From Octopus bimaculoides (Eukaryota): a stretch of DNA of 64,000 nucleotides. Below are positions 13,371 to 25,193 of the stretch, piece by piece. Under the pieces are notes generated by a model, which saw nothing but the letters and a program-made list of their open reading frames with translations, made no database searches and was not told where the DNA came from. The stretch covers positions 40,657,329 to 40,721,328 of the forward strand of contig NC_068994.1 in NCBI RefSeq assembly GCF_001194135.2, given 5' to 3'. Both the position numbers and the translations under genes were made by a program. The first letter of the stretch is position 1; each line of letters opens with the position of its first letter.

Positions 13371-16329
13371 GTTCGAGGTATCTGAGAAAAACATTTCATT
13401 TTATGCCAACTCCATTCTACTCAGCTGAAATTGTGTACCAGCTTAATACTGGTGCAACACTTTCTCTCACAAAATGCTACTTTCTCACTAGGTTAAGAAG
13501 TGAGAGGGTCCAGATGATGCCTATATCTACTTGTGATTACATAAGCATTTAAAAGCAATTAACAAGACCATAGTATGTATAACCAGATCATACTCAGTTG
13601 TAAGTGACAACTATATTCATCTTTTTTTTATCTACATTCAATGCAGGTATATTCTGTGGTGTATTTAATCTTTATAGCCATGAGTATTACAGATTTGGAG
13701 GTAATCTTTTGACAAGTATAGTTTGAAATTCAGTTTCAGTTCCCAGTGGAAGTATTTCATTTAAATTATGTTGTTAATACTCTTAGAATAAACATGTTTA
13801 AGCAAGACTCGCTACTTCATTTCTGAAAATGGGAGAAGTACTAATGCAATGATGAATAACTCAGAGCATGAAAGGTCAAGAAATTGACTGTATTTCACTA
13901 GCAAGAGGGATGAATAAATGTCTCTGTGTTGATTATCTCATTTCTGAGTCCTTGAAGAAATGTAATGCCTGGTCACATATTATGTAAATTTTGTTTAATT
14001 AAAATTAAAAAGAAGAAAATAACAAACAAAAAACAGTATGAACTTTTCTGATAAAACATCAAAATTTAATAATATTTTATTATATAAACACGAAGTCTGT
14101 GGAGAATTGTGACTTTGTGATGTTCATGGTTTTCTCAGAATCATTAGCAATGTCAGCTTTGCAGACCGAGTTTTCCAACTTTAAATAATGTAAATGGAAT
14201 TGTAACATCAGATAAATTATAATTGTCATTATAATTGTCATTTTTATAGATTTTATTTCTTGATGAGACAATTCCCTAAGTTCTCATATAATGAAAACAG
14301 CCAATAAACACAAGTTAAAAGAAAATATTTCTTATGAAATGGCTGCTTCTTTAACATCTGGTTGTGAAATTCTGTTCTTGCTGTAAATCAAACTTAAATT
14401 CAGAAATAAAATGATCTTGGATATTGAAGCAGTTATTGTTTTTCTTTTACAAAAGAATATTCCTTTTAAATAAATAAATATAATTTTGAAAATGCTATAA
14501 AATGTTTAATAAGTTTATTGTTAGTATTTCTTCAAATTTTTATTTTCTCAAAGAAAATGTAACTTGTAAGTAGTCAAACACTTGATGAATCATTGAAATC
14601 CATATCTTTTGTAATCACAAGCTAGTGAAATATCACTGGTACCATCTTATACAAGCAAGAATGGCTACTGTACGTTTCAGAAGTTAGCTTCATAACAACA
14701 TTATCGAGCATTTGATCCTACTGTGTTGAACCCAGAAAAAGAGTATTATACTATCACTTGGTTCATGTAAAAAAAAACAAAAAAAACATGTGAGTGAAAT
14801 TTGCTTGAGAGAAACTATGTGAAAGGTTGTATGTGTGACTGTTGCTGTTCTTGAGTGGATACATATCATCTGTCTCTGTGTTTAACACCATCACCTAGAC
14901 TTTGGCCACTTTTAACATCCAGTGTTGAAGTCAATCAGGCAAAGTTGCTGGTCTGAGGGTATACTTCGCTTCCTCCAATGAGTTCCAGATGTCAAGAAGT
15001 GGGTAATGGATATTGTATTTCTATATCTGAGTTAGTAATGAAATTAAACTTTAAAAACACACCACTACCTAGGTGAGGTACTAAACTTTCCTTGCTCTAT
15101 TAACTAAAATGGTGTACTGAACTAACTCATCATATTCAGTAACAAAATATAAAAAAATGTAAATATTTCCAAAGTCTTAGATGATTGCAAGGAGGTGGAG
15201 TTTAGCCGAATTTTTATAGCATTGTACTGATGAGAGATATAAAAGAGAATTGCTGGTCTACATCAGATAAAAAAAAATTCCAGATAATCAGATAACTATT
15301 TCAGACAAGTTTGATCTTCCCATATTGAAATCCCCTCACACTTAATAAACTAAGTATTTATATTATTCGTGGGATGATACAATTTTACTTCACTCTCCCT
15401 ACAGATACATTCATTTCTTTATCTTTTTTTTTTTTTCAGCAATACTCTTTACTCCACCTTCATAATAACATCTTTTACTTTTCACTCACAACAGAAACAT
15501 TTATTACTTACCCACCCTTTCCACAATATCACTCACTACTTCCATTCAGCCCTTTCAATATAGCAGTGAAATCTCACTCAAATCACACCTTAACACTTTC
15601 TAAACATCTTTATTTGTTATATCTAGAGGAAGGGGAAGGTTCAGGCATTTCACAGGCCTTAGACTGATGAAAGTGAAGCCATTAACATTCTGCTTAAGCT
15701 GATTAACAGTTGATGGCTGCAGGAAAGACATGCTGGGATGGCACTCCAGATGGCCAACATCCTGAAGGAAAAGGTCGTGGTTTCATGGTCAGAATGGGGC
15801 TTCAGACATTTGTCTTCAGTGCAACTTGAATGATAAGAAAATGAAAGATGAATTGGTAATGCTTGAGTGAAGGTGGCACAAGACCAGCCAGCTCTGAGAA
15901 GCTGAGGTTATTTTAGTCGCATCTGAAAATGCAAAGAAAGGAGACAGATATTTATGGGCCATAAGTTGGAGTGTGTTGACAAATGATTTCATGACAAAAA
16001 AGAAAGACAAAAACATTCTAATATGTCCTTTAAAAATATTGCATAATGTAAACGTATTAACCATAACAACTCTGCCTTCTCACATGAGGTGGTCATGGCT
16101 TATATACCTTTATTTTTTATTATTTGTTGAGTCCAGAGGTAGAACCCACGAAATTTACAGGACCTCCAAGACTACTGAAATTGATACACATCTTTGACTA
16201 GAAGTGTGTTGTATGAGGATTTACCTGGGTTCAAACATCAACAATTTCATTATTTATTCCTTCAGTGCAGCAAAATATATTGTTTCACTGTGGATGGTCA
16301 AAAATAAATGAATTTCTTTGACAGATCAA

Positions 16330-16715
16330 TTATATGGCAGAATGAGACAATTGGGCATAGCAATTTGGATGCTTGGATATTTGGCATGGCTGACAAGATT
16401 TTGAACCTGTTTTGGCAACAGTATTTTTTGACACCAGAGGCAAACACATATGCACGTTGAGAGAGAGGGAATGAAAGAGAGAGAGAGAGAGAGGGGGGAA
16501 TGAGAAAGAGAGAGAGAAAGAGAAAGAGAGGGATAGAGAGAGGGAGAGAGAGTCATTGCAATACATTGATTTAACACAATTGAGATAAACACTTTCCATC
16601 TCTTTTGACACATAAAGAGAAATAGACTTACACATGTAGAGAGAGAGAGAGAGAAGGGGGAGAGAGGAGACAACCAGACAGAAAGACAGACAGACAGCCA
16701 GCCAGCCAGCCAGCC

Positions 16716-16746
<31 letters not shown>

Positions 16747-16780
16747 GAAAGCCAAAGATAGTTCTTACAGCATTGTTATT
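16330..16780 (-). repeat. Unclassified dispersed repeat with (GA)n/(GACA)n; inverted relative to 12975-13370
   Basis: See 12975-13370. Confidence 0.75.
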
Positions 16781-16934
16781 CTAGTAGTGAGAAGCTGTTG
16801 ATAGCATCTTCAACAGTTCTTCATATCTGGAGAAAGGGACATTGTGAACAGCCTCCTACAACTCTTCTCACTGGACAATTAAATTAAATTGGAAAGACAG
16901 ACAGACAGACAGACGGACAGACAGAAGACTGACC

Positions 16935-17075
16935 CCCAGTTCTTGAGGGGTACTTTATTCATTGATCTCAAAGTGATAAAATGCAAGACAGAATTTAAAC
17001 TCAGAGAGTAGAGACCCAAAACAAATAATACAAGGGATTTTATCTAACATTTTAATAACTCTACCAATGCACTGC
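16935..17075 (-). mobile_element. SINE family B fragment
   Basis: Reverse complement resembles 7884-8065. Confidence 0.5.
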
Positions 17076-17244
17076 CTGGTGGACAGTGTATTTTGTTATC
17101 TTCTATTTATGTCAGCCATTGAACTACGGCCATACTGGGGCACTACCTTGAAGGGTTTTGTTGAATAAATCAACTTTAGTAGTTATTCTATTAGTCACAC
17201 TTTTACTGAACTACTAAATTTTAAGAATGTAAACAAAAGTGAAG

Positions 17245-17570
17245 GTGCATGCTTACAATCATGAGGTAGTGCTTTCGATTCCTGGACTGGGCTGTGTGTT
17301 GTGTTCTTGAGCAAGATACATTATTCACATTATTCTTGTGCAAGATACATTATTTCACATTGCTCCAGATTACTCAGCAGTAGACATGAGTTGCGATGTC
17401 ACTGGTGTCAAACTGTGTCAGCCTTTGTTAGTGGCATAGAAAGGGGAGGCTGGTAAGCACCGCTGACTGCCAGTTTTCTCTAAAAACCTTTCCTGGATTA
17501 TGCCTCGGTGCAATCCCACGATCATTCATGACCAGCTGGGGGGGGGGGTCTTAACTTGTTTACCCTAAAC
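17245..17570 (+). mobile_element. SINE family A with an internal ~30-bp tandem duplication
   Basis: cacaatcatgaggtagtg head and ctccag..actcagc body; ttcttg.gcaagatacattatt.cacatt occurs twice (17305-17365). Confidence 0.8.
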
Positions 17571-17974
17571 AAAGCAACTCTAATTGTCAAACACAAAGGC
17601 ATGCACACACACACACATATGATGGAATCCCTCACTGATTCCCTATTCTAAATTCACTCAAAAAACATCAGTCTGCTCCAGGCTATGGTAGAAGACACTT
17701 GTCCAAAGTGCCAAGGTGTCATATTTCAATGCATCAGTACTCAGAGCAATGAAAACCCTTATCTTTTCTTAACTGGACATGTCTTCCCTATGGAACTATG
17801 AATAATATCAATCAATCGATCATCCATACAAAACAGTTTACATTAAACTGGCTTCACACAAAAGACAACTAGGATCCAGTTTGCCAGTGTAAAGGAGAGT
17901 AGTGAGGATTGCCAAGTTAATAACCACATTAATAAATGCTGCAATTAAAACAAAAAGACATTGCTCAAACATTG

Positions 17975-17987
17975 ATCATCTTGTGCT

Positions 17988-18034
<47 letters not shown>

Positions 18035-18180
18035 CTGTGTGTTTATGGGTGTGTTTATGTATGTGTGTGTTTATGTGTGTGTATGCTTGTATGTGTGGGT
18101 GTGCTAAGTGTGTTTATGTGTGTGTGTGTTTGTGTGTGTGTGCACATGTGTGTTTATGTGTTTATGTGAGTGTGTTGAGT
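17975..18180. repeat. (TG)n microsatellite
   Basis: Directly visible. Confidence 0.95.
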
Positions 18181-18617
18181 AGATAATCTTTTGCTGGTTT
18201 TGGTCATAATACTGCTTTCGTGATAGAATATTGCTTTCATGTGTTTAATTGATTGCAGTACTTATTAGTCTACACACACACACATAGAGCATTCATTCAT
18301 TCCTGACATCCATTTTTACCTACTAGCAGGAGCTGGATATAAATTTGTTAGTTTGTTGAGGTATTATTCTACAATTGGATGCCCTTCCTGTTACTAACCT
18401 TAACCTGATTTTCAAGTCAGGGCCTTTCATCTTTTTAGCTCACATGTTAAAAGCAAAGACCAACAGGATCATATATTTACTGGAAATATCAACATGACAT
18501 CATGGAGTTTGGTCTAAGGTGCAGAATGCAAATATACATGCATGCATATTGTCTACACAGTGAGAACAAACTCTTTACAGCATGGTTTCAAAGCAAACAT
18601 CTTAACCACATGCCCAT

Positions 18618-18760
18618 GCCTACAGAGAGTTGGGCGGTTAAAAAGTTCACTTCGCAACCCAGTGGTTTCTGATTCGGTCCCATCGGTCGCACTGCCAATC
18701 AATATCTTATGAGTGAATTTGGTTGAAGGTGACTGTAAGGGGCTTGTTGCATAAATGCGT
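18618..18760 (+). mobile_element. SINE family D (tRNA-like head, then 'gtgagtgaatttgg', ending in TA/CA repeats)
   Basis: Related copies at 40395 (+), 23415 (-), 53740 (-) and 60050 (+). Confidence 0.6.
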
Positions 18761-19134
18761 ATATACATACAAATATACTTACATACAAACATGTATACAT
18801 ATATACATACATACATATATACATACATACATTTATGTATGTGTTTGTGTGTGTGTGTGGAAGTGAATATGTGTGTTGGGTCTTTTACATCTCTTGACAC
18901 TTGTGTTTTGATTGTAAACATTGACATCATTCATACAGAGGGTGTCATTTGTTTGCCATTTTTCAGGAAAACACATCTAGCCTTTGATCTCTTCATTGTT
19001 TGAAGTTCTAGGGTGTATATTACTTTGTTTGGAATCAGATGCAGGTTTTGTTCAACAGGGAGAGCTTCTAACCTTAGAGAACTTGTTGCAACAAGGTTAC
19101 ACCTGACCCTTGGAAGCATGAAAAAGTGGACATC

Positions 19135-19425
19135 AAAGACATGATGAAGATGAGGATGTCTATTATGATGATGGTGAAGATAATGATGTCTTTTATGATG
19201 CTGGAGATGACGATGACAATCATGATGATGATGATGACATAAATGATGATGACAACTAAGATGATGATAGCAATGACAATGATGATGAGGATGATGACAG
19301 TGGCGATGACAGTGATGATGGCAATGATGAAAGCAAAATTAAAATTTTGATGATGATGACAATGATGAGAATGATGATGATGATAATGATGAGAATGATG
19401 ATGATGATGATGAGAAGGATGTTGC
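19135..19425. repeat. Degenerate (GAT)n tract
   Basis: Directly visible; preceded by the RTE-type terminal motif. Confidence 0.9.
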
Positions 19426-19504
19426 TGTTTCTGCTGTGTCCCTTTATATACTGTGGTGTATGTAAGTGGTTCAATAAAATAAGAACAAGACTGCAAAAAG
19501 CTTT

Positions 19505-19600
19505 GTGATGAATGCAGTCGGCTAAAATCCTCAATGCCGGTGCCCTGGCATGGCCAGAGTCAAATGACTGTCACCAGTAAAGCAATAAAAGAAATAATAC
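19505..19600 (+). mobile_element. SINE family C tail
   Basis: gccggtgccctggcatggccagagtcaaatgactg...agtaaagcaataaaagaaata. Confidence 0.65.
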
Positions 19601-20404
19601 TTGGAAATATCATGAGTAGTTTTTTATTTTTTTTATTTATTCAGCAAAAACGAAACAAACTAAAGAAAGAATAATCAAAACGATATGAAAATCCAATAAA
19701 TAAGTAAATATATAATGTGATTTTCTGTCTGCTGATATCAATAGAAAGTTTGATAAATGTAGCTGAACTATACAGAATGAAGTATGAGCTTTCATATCAA
19801 ACATTCTGGTTGGAATAATGAATATATTGTAAGTAATTATCTTCAGCAAAAGAATTTCTCTGTTTGCAAATCACTTATATATATTTCAATGTAGCATTTA
19901 GCTCTAGTGAAAAGCTCAGTGAGTATTTCTAAGCTTATCCATTATTTCCTTCTCCTTAAGCAAATAAGTCATTAGGGGAATGAATTCTATTTGTTATTTT
20001 CTCTTCCTTTTATATCTATTTTAATCCATCTATATATAACAAGAAACAAAATTTTGTTTTATCAGATTATTTAAATAATCGTAGTTATATTACATTAGCT
20101 TTTAAAAGGCTTTGTCATAATCTTTAATCCCTGCATGTAATCTAGTTTTAGATCTTGTGAGTTTAGTTATCTAACAACTAAACAAAGGTAGATAGGGAAA
20201 AGAAATTCTCTGTATTCTAAAATAGAGATTGTCTTTGAATATAGAAGACATAAAAAGTTGAATTCTAGGTAGGTAATTTTGACAAAAAGTAATTTATATC
20301 TTTTATTCAAAAATAATACACACTGCGATACCTATTCAGAACTAAAAGAATAAATTAATATTCAAAATAAAATAATAAGGATGAAAATAACTTGTAGTTT
20401 GCTT

Positions 20405-20650
20405 TTAATCATCATCATCGTCATCATTGTTGTTGTCGTTGGCATCATCATTGTCATCATCATCATTGTCATCACCATCAACATCATCACCATCAATATC
20501 ATCACTGCCATTGTCATCATTGTCATTTAATGTCTATTTTCCATGCTGGCATAGATTGGGCAATGTCAAGCTCCAATGTTGGCTTTGGCATGGTTTCTAT
20601 GGTTGGATACCTTTCCTGATGCCAACCACTTAACTGGGTACACAGGGTGC
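20405..20650 (-). mobile_element. RTE-type retroposon 3' end with a (GAT)n tail (appears as CAT on +)
   Basis: Minus strand reads ctatgccagcatggaaaatagacattaaatgacaatgatg... Confidence 0.65.
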
Positions 20651-20986
20651 TTTTTACATGCCACTAGGACTAGTAAGTTGCAAGATGGGAAAAGAAAAAT
20701 ACCTAAAACAGGGAAAAGATAAAAAGCTCCTAAGTGTGTATTTGAAAGGTGGAGGTGCCCTTAATCTAAGTGACAGGAGGTTAGAGTGTGACAGAGGAAC
20801 ATGTACAGGGTTTTTTTCTGTAGGGGAGATACATGGTTACCCTACATTATATAAGGGTGAGACGTAGCAGGTGAAAAAGAGGAAAAGATGGTAGAAGAAA
20901 GTAAAATACAGAAGAAAATGTATCAGAAATGATGTATAAAAAAAAAAAATTAAAGGTTTTTTTAAATATAAAAATGCAATTCTTAC

Positions 20987-21079
20987 CACAGGAAACTGAA
21001 TCCAGTTCTTCAGAAAAATGATGCATGGTGGCTTGTTTGAATTTCACTGTGTTCAAAAATTTCTGGAAGTTTGGTCTTG
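20987..21079 (-). CDS. Candidate 93-nt exon, phase 1-1 (RPNFQKFLNTVKFKQATMHHFSEELDSVSC)
   Basis: Acceptor ttctttcacag (alternative ttgtag 19 nt upstream), donor GTG|gtaaga. One open frame; non-repetitive and more GC-rich than its flanks. Confidence 0.35.
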
Positions 21080-21193
21080 CTGTGAAAGAATTTCTGAGCT
21101 ACAAGCCCAAGATATATAAAAAAATAAATATGATTCATATATATCAAATTCACATTTATCACTTTAAACTGTATGCTTTTTTACCATTACTCA

Positions 21194-21194
<1 letters not shown>

Positions 21195-21259
<65 letters not shown>

Positions 21260-21840
21260 TTTATCATCATTATTATTAAATGAGAGAGCAGCGCATGCCA
21301 TCAAAGTGACACCGGGGTAAAATATATGAAGCCCAGTATACCCATCATGGCTATCCATCAGATAAGGGTACACCAAATACATGCATCATAACCATATGTG
21401 CATGACATGGTGATCTCATATGAAAATAAACAGCTCATGACTTTACAAGTATGGCCCTGCAAAGTCAAGTTAGAATTTTCTTCTGTTTGAATAGCCCATC
21501 CAGCTCAAAAGGTCCGTGAATAAGAGTTGTTTAAGGATGTTGAATGAAACACCCATGTTTCCAGAGGTGAATTATTCAAACCCCAAAGAATTCTGCTTAA
21601 CACATTCCTATGATGCTCCACCCCACTACTTCTGCTCATGATCAGAGATGCACATATCGTCAGCCACCAAGAAAGAAGCCCAACTAGTTAAGATCAAACA
21701 ACTGGACTAGCAAATCTATGGTATTGAGCAGAATATTTTCTGTAGCTCATCTTTTATACCAAGACAAAACACGTACATGATAACACTTTCAATCAGTTAA
21801 GATCAGAAGCCATGAGAGCCACTGTCTGGTACTGTATCAG
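21195..21840 (-). mobile_element. Retroposon-derived dispersed repeat with an (AAT)n tail; inverted homolog at 43705-43980
   Basis: 21281-21530 is the reverse complement of 43705-43965 (gtcactttgatggcatgc.ctgctct.tca.t.aataataat); (ATT)n at 21195-21280 is the tail. Confidence 0.8.
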
Positions 21841-21938
21841 GGTAATTGTTATCATCACCATCATCATCATCATCACCATCACCATTACTATTATTATTAT
21901 TATTATCATCATTATCATTATCATTTTTATTTTCATCG

Positions 21939-21969
<31 letters not shown>

Positions 21970-22714
21970 TATTTTATTTTGAAGCCTCCATTTAGATGCT
22001 AAGCAATTTTTTTTTTATCACATCTGTCTAATCTTATTAAGTGTGGCTAACATCACTTTATTAATGCCCAATTTAAGTACATGAAATGTGATTATTATTA
22101 TTTATAAGGCTTTTGGTTGTGTTCTGTTCTTCTTATTTTTTTTTTTTTACTTTATATTGCATTAGTTAAGAAAGTTGGTATTGCTTTGCAAATTCTTGTT
22201 AACTCTTCTGCTTGTCAATGAAATATTGTGGAATAATCGAATTTATACAAAAACACTGAAATATCATCAATATTGTTTAGGAAATTCTGTAGCTACAATA
22301 ATTGATCAAAAAATCTGCCAATATCATTAATATCTAGAGATGCCACACCAATATTTCTTTCTTTATTTCTTTTAAAATTTTTAGTTATCTATTTTTATTC
22401 AAGCCCTGAATATTTTCATTATTTCATAACTTGTAAAGAAAAGAAAGAGGGAAAAAAAATAAGGAAAGAGGTCTAACAAAAAATAGGCAATGTCACAATT
22501 TCACTACTTTAAAAAACATTGCAACTGTAACTAAATTTCATAATTTTGACTCACTACTTTAAAAACATTGAAACTATACCCAATTTTCATAATTTTGACT
22601 TTGTTAAATTAAAAAAACTCATTGGTTTCAAGCTTTAGAATGTTCCAAATCATCATCTCCTAGAATCCCATGATTGAGATTTTTTAAACTTTTTGAATCA
22701 TATACACCTTTGTT

Positions 22715-22776
22715 AATGCATGTATGTATGTATGTATGTATGTATGTATGTATGTATGTATGTATGTATGTATCTA

Positions 22777-22843
<67 letters not shown>

Positions 22844-22971
22844 GTCTGTCTATCGATCTATCTATCTAACTATCGATCTATATCATCGTTATTTAGCATC
22901 TGTTTTCCATGCTATGGATTGAATGATTTTACAGAAGCTGACCAGCTGAAGGGCTGTTCAGNNNNNNNNNN

Positions 22972-23012
<41 letters not shown>

Positions 23013-23058
23013 AAGAGGGGAGAGAGATTGATAGATAAATTGATAGCTAGATAGATAA

Positions 23059-23124
<66 letters not shown>

Positions 23125-23125
23125 G
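22715..23125. repeat. (TATG)n-(TCTG)n-(TCTA)n-(GA)n-(GATA)n compound microsatellite
   Basis: Directly visible. Confidence 0.95.
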
Positions 23126-23154
23126 GTTTATGTATACATGTATATCTTTCATCT

Positions 23155-23520
23155 TTTATTTCTTTCTGTCATTAGACTACAACCATACTGGGGCTCTGCC
23201 TTCAAGAATTTTAGTGAAACGAATCGATCCCAGTGCTAATGATTTTTGTTGTAAAGCCTGGTACTTATTCTATCAGCCTCTTTTGCCAAACTGGTAAGTT
23301 ACAGAAACACAAACACACTAATATTGGTTGTCGAGCAGTGATAGGGGGGTGGGGACAAAAACATACACAAAGACACTCAAGTAAGTATATATATTTATGT
23401 ATTGGTCTCTTTCTATTTCCATGAACCAAATCCACTCACATGGCTTTGGTCAGCCCAAGGCTACAGCAGAAGACACTTGCCCAAGGTGCCATGCTGTGGG
23501 ACTGAATCCAAAACCATGCT
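23155..23520 (-). mobile_element. SINE fragments (family C tail 23155-23330; family D 23415-23520)
   Basis: Reverse complements match the tail of 9812 and the head of 40395. Confidence 0.65.
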
Positions 23521-23900
23521 AGATCTACACTATGTGAGTGAAACAGGGAACTGGAAACATTGCATCTGAAATTCAAAATGTCCAGTTTTGTAACACATAG
23601 TTGAAATTCCACTTGAAATTTACCTTATGATTATGCATATCTGTGAAATACTCAGCCAATCAACAACTTAAATATTAATTCAGGAATAATAATTCAATCA
23701 AACAAACAACTGAATCCTCGTCACTGAAACCGATTAGAAATTTGACATCTCTTTCTCTTTCAATGTATATACATATGTATACATATATATATACATATAT
23801 ATATATATATATTGATAGAAAAGGTAAGAAGATAACAAAAGAAAGAAAGAGACCTCGATATTATGTAAATAGAGGGATTTGTCACATATTATATATACAA

Positions 23901-23942
<42 letters not shown>

Positions 23943-24574
23943 TNNNNNNNNNNNNNNNNNNNNNNNNNNNNNNNNNNNNNNNNNNNNNNNNNNNNNNNNN
24001 NNNNNNNNNNNNNNNNNNNNNNNNNNNNNNNNNNNNNNNNNNNNNNNNNNNNNNNNNNNNNNNNNNNNNNNNNNNNNNNNNNNNNNNNNNNNNNNNNNNN
24101 NNNNNNNNNNNNNNNNNNNNNNNNNNNNNNNNNNNNNNNNNNNNNNNNNNNNNNNNNNNNNNNNNNNNNNNNNNNNNNNNNNNNNNNNNNNNNNNNNNNN
24201 NNNNNNNNNNNNNNNNNNNNNNNNNNNNNNNNNNNNNNNNNNNNNNNNNNNNNNNNNNNNNNNNNNNNNNNNNNNNNNNNNNNNNNNNNNNNNNNNNNNN
24301 NNNNNNNNNNNNNNNNNNNNNNNNNNNNNNNNNNNNNNNNNNNNNNNNNNNNNNNNNNNNNNNNNNNNNNNNNNNNNNNNNNNNNNNNNNNNNNNNNTAT
24401 ATATATATATATATATATATATAAAGCAGTTGTTTATTGTCAACTTAATGTGACAGACCCACTAAGGGAATCATGCGCATGTGTATATATATGCACACAT
24501 ATCTATGCATATATATTTATATGTGTATATGTCTATGCATCTCTTTGTATTTGTATTTGGCACACATCTACACA

Positions 24575-24770
24575 CCACTTAACAACTGGTGTTAGTTTGT
24601 TTACACCCTTGTAGCATACCAGTTCAGCAAGAGCTACCACTAGAATATGCACCAGACTTAAAAACAAAAAAAACATGAGTACTGGGTTCAATTTGTCTTA
24701 TTATAAACCCTTTAAGGCAGTGCCCCAGCATGGCTGCCGTCCAATGACTGAAACAAGAAAAAAATTAAAG
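24575..24770 (+). mobile_element. SINE family C 3' portion
   Basis: aaggcagtgccccagcatggctgccgtccaatgactgaaacaagaaaa. Confidence 0.7.
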
Positions 24771-25148
24771 GTAACATGAATTTATTTTGTCTGAAACTCT
24801 CTTGATCCGACCATCCACCAGTCACCAGAATTCATTCTAGAAACCCTTCCATATGTTAGAATTTCCTGTATGATATTTTACATTAATTTCTTCCATGCTA
24901 GTGGGAATGAAGCTGGATTTACAAATTTGTATATTTGCATATGAATTTTTTTTAGCACATGATTTTGTAGCTTGATATCAAACCTAATACTAATCACTAA
25001 ATTATGAACTGGAAACTGTTTTTTTGCTAGCCAGACTTCAGCGTGCAGATAAATAACCTTTGGTTCGGTGCATAAATTCATTTTTTTCTCTTGATTATAT
25101 ATATAATATATATATATGTATGTATGTATATATGTGTATATATGTGTA

Positions 25149-25193
<45 letters not shown>

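Noticed and set aside
13849-13947. C/D-box snoRNA-like spacing (ATGATGA ... CTGA)
   Set aside because: No terminal stem, no convincing D' box and no recognisable rRNA-antisense element; both motifs are common in this composition.
14080-14271. 63-aa minus ORF (LENSVCKADIAND...) and an open plus frame
   Set aside because: No good donor and no recognisable motif; used only as a tentative terminal exon in another frame.
20822-20853. GYPTL peptide resembling thioredoxin/PDI, bounded by AG/GT
   Set aside because: Appears to lie in a decayed dispersed repeat; the segment is too short and no other PDI exons were seen.
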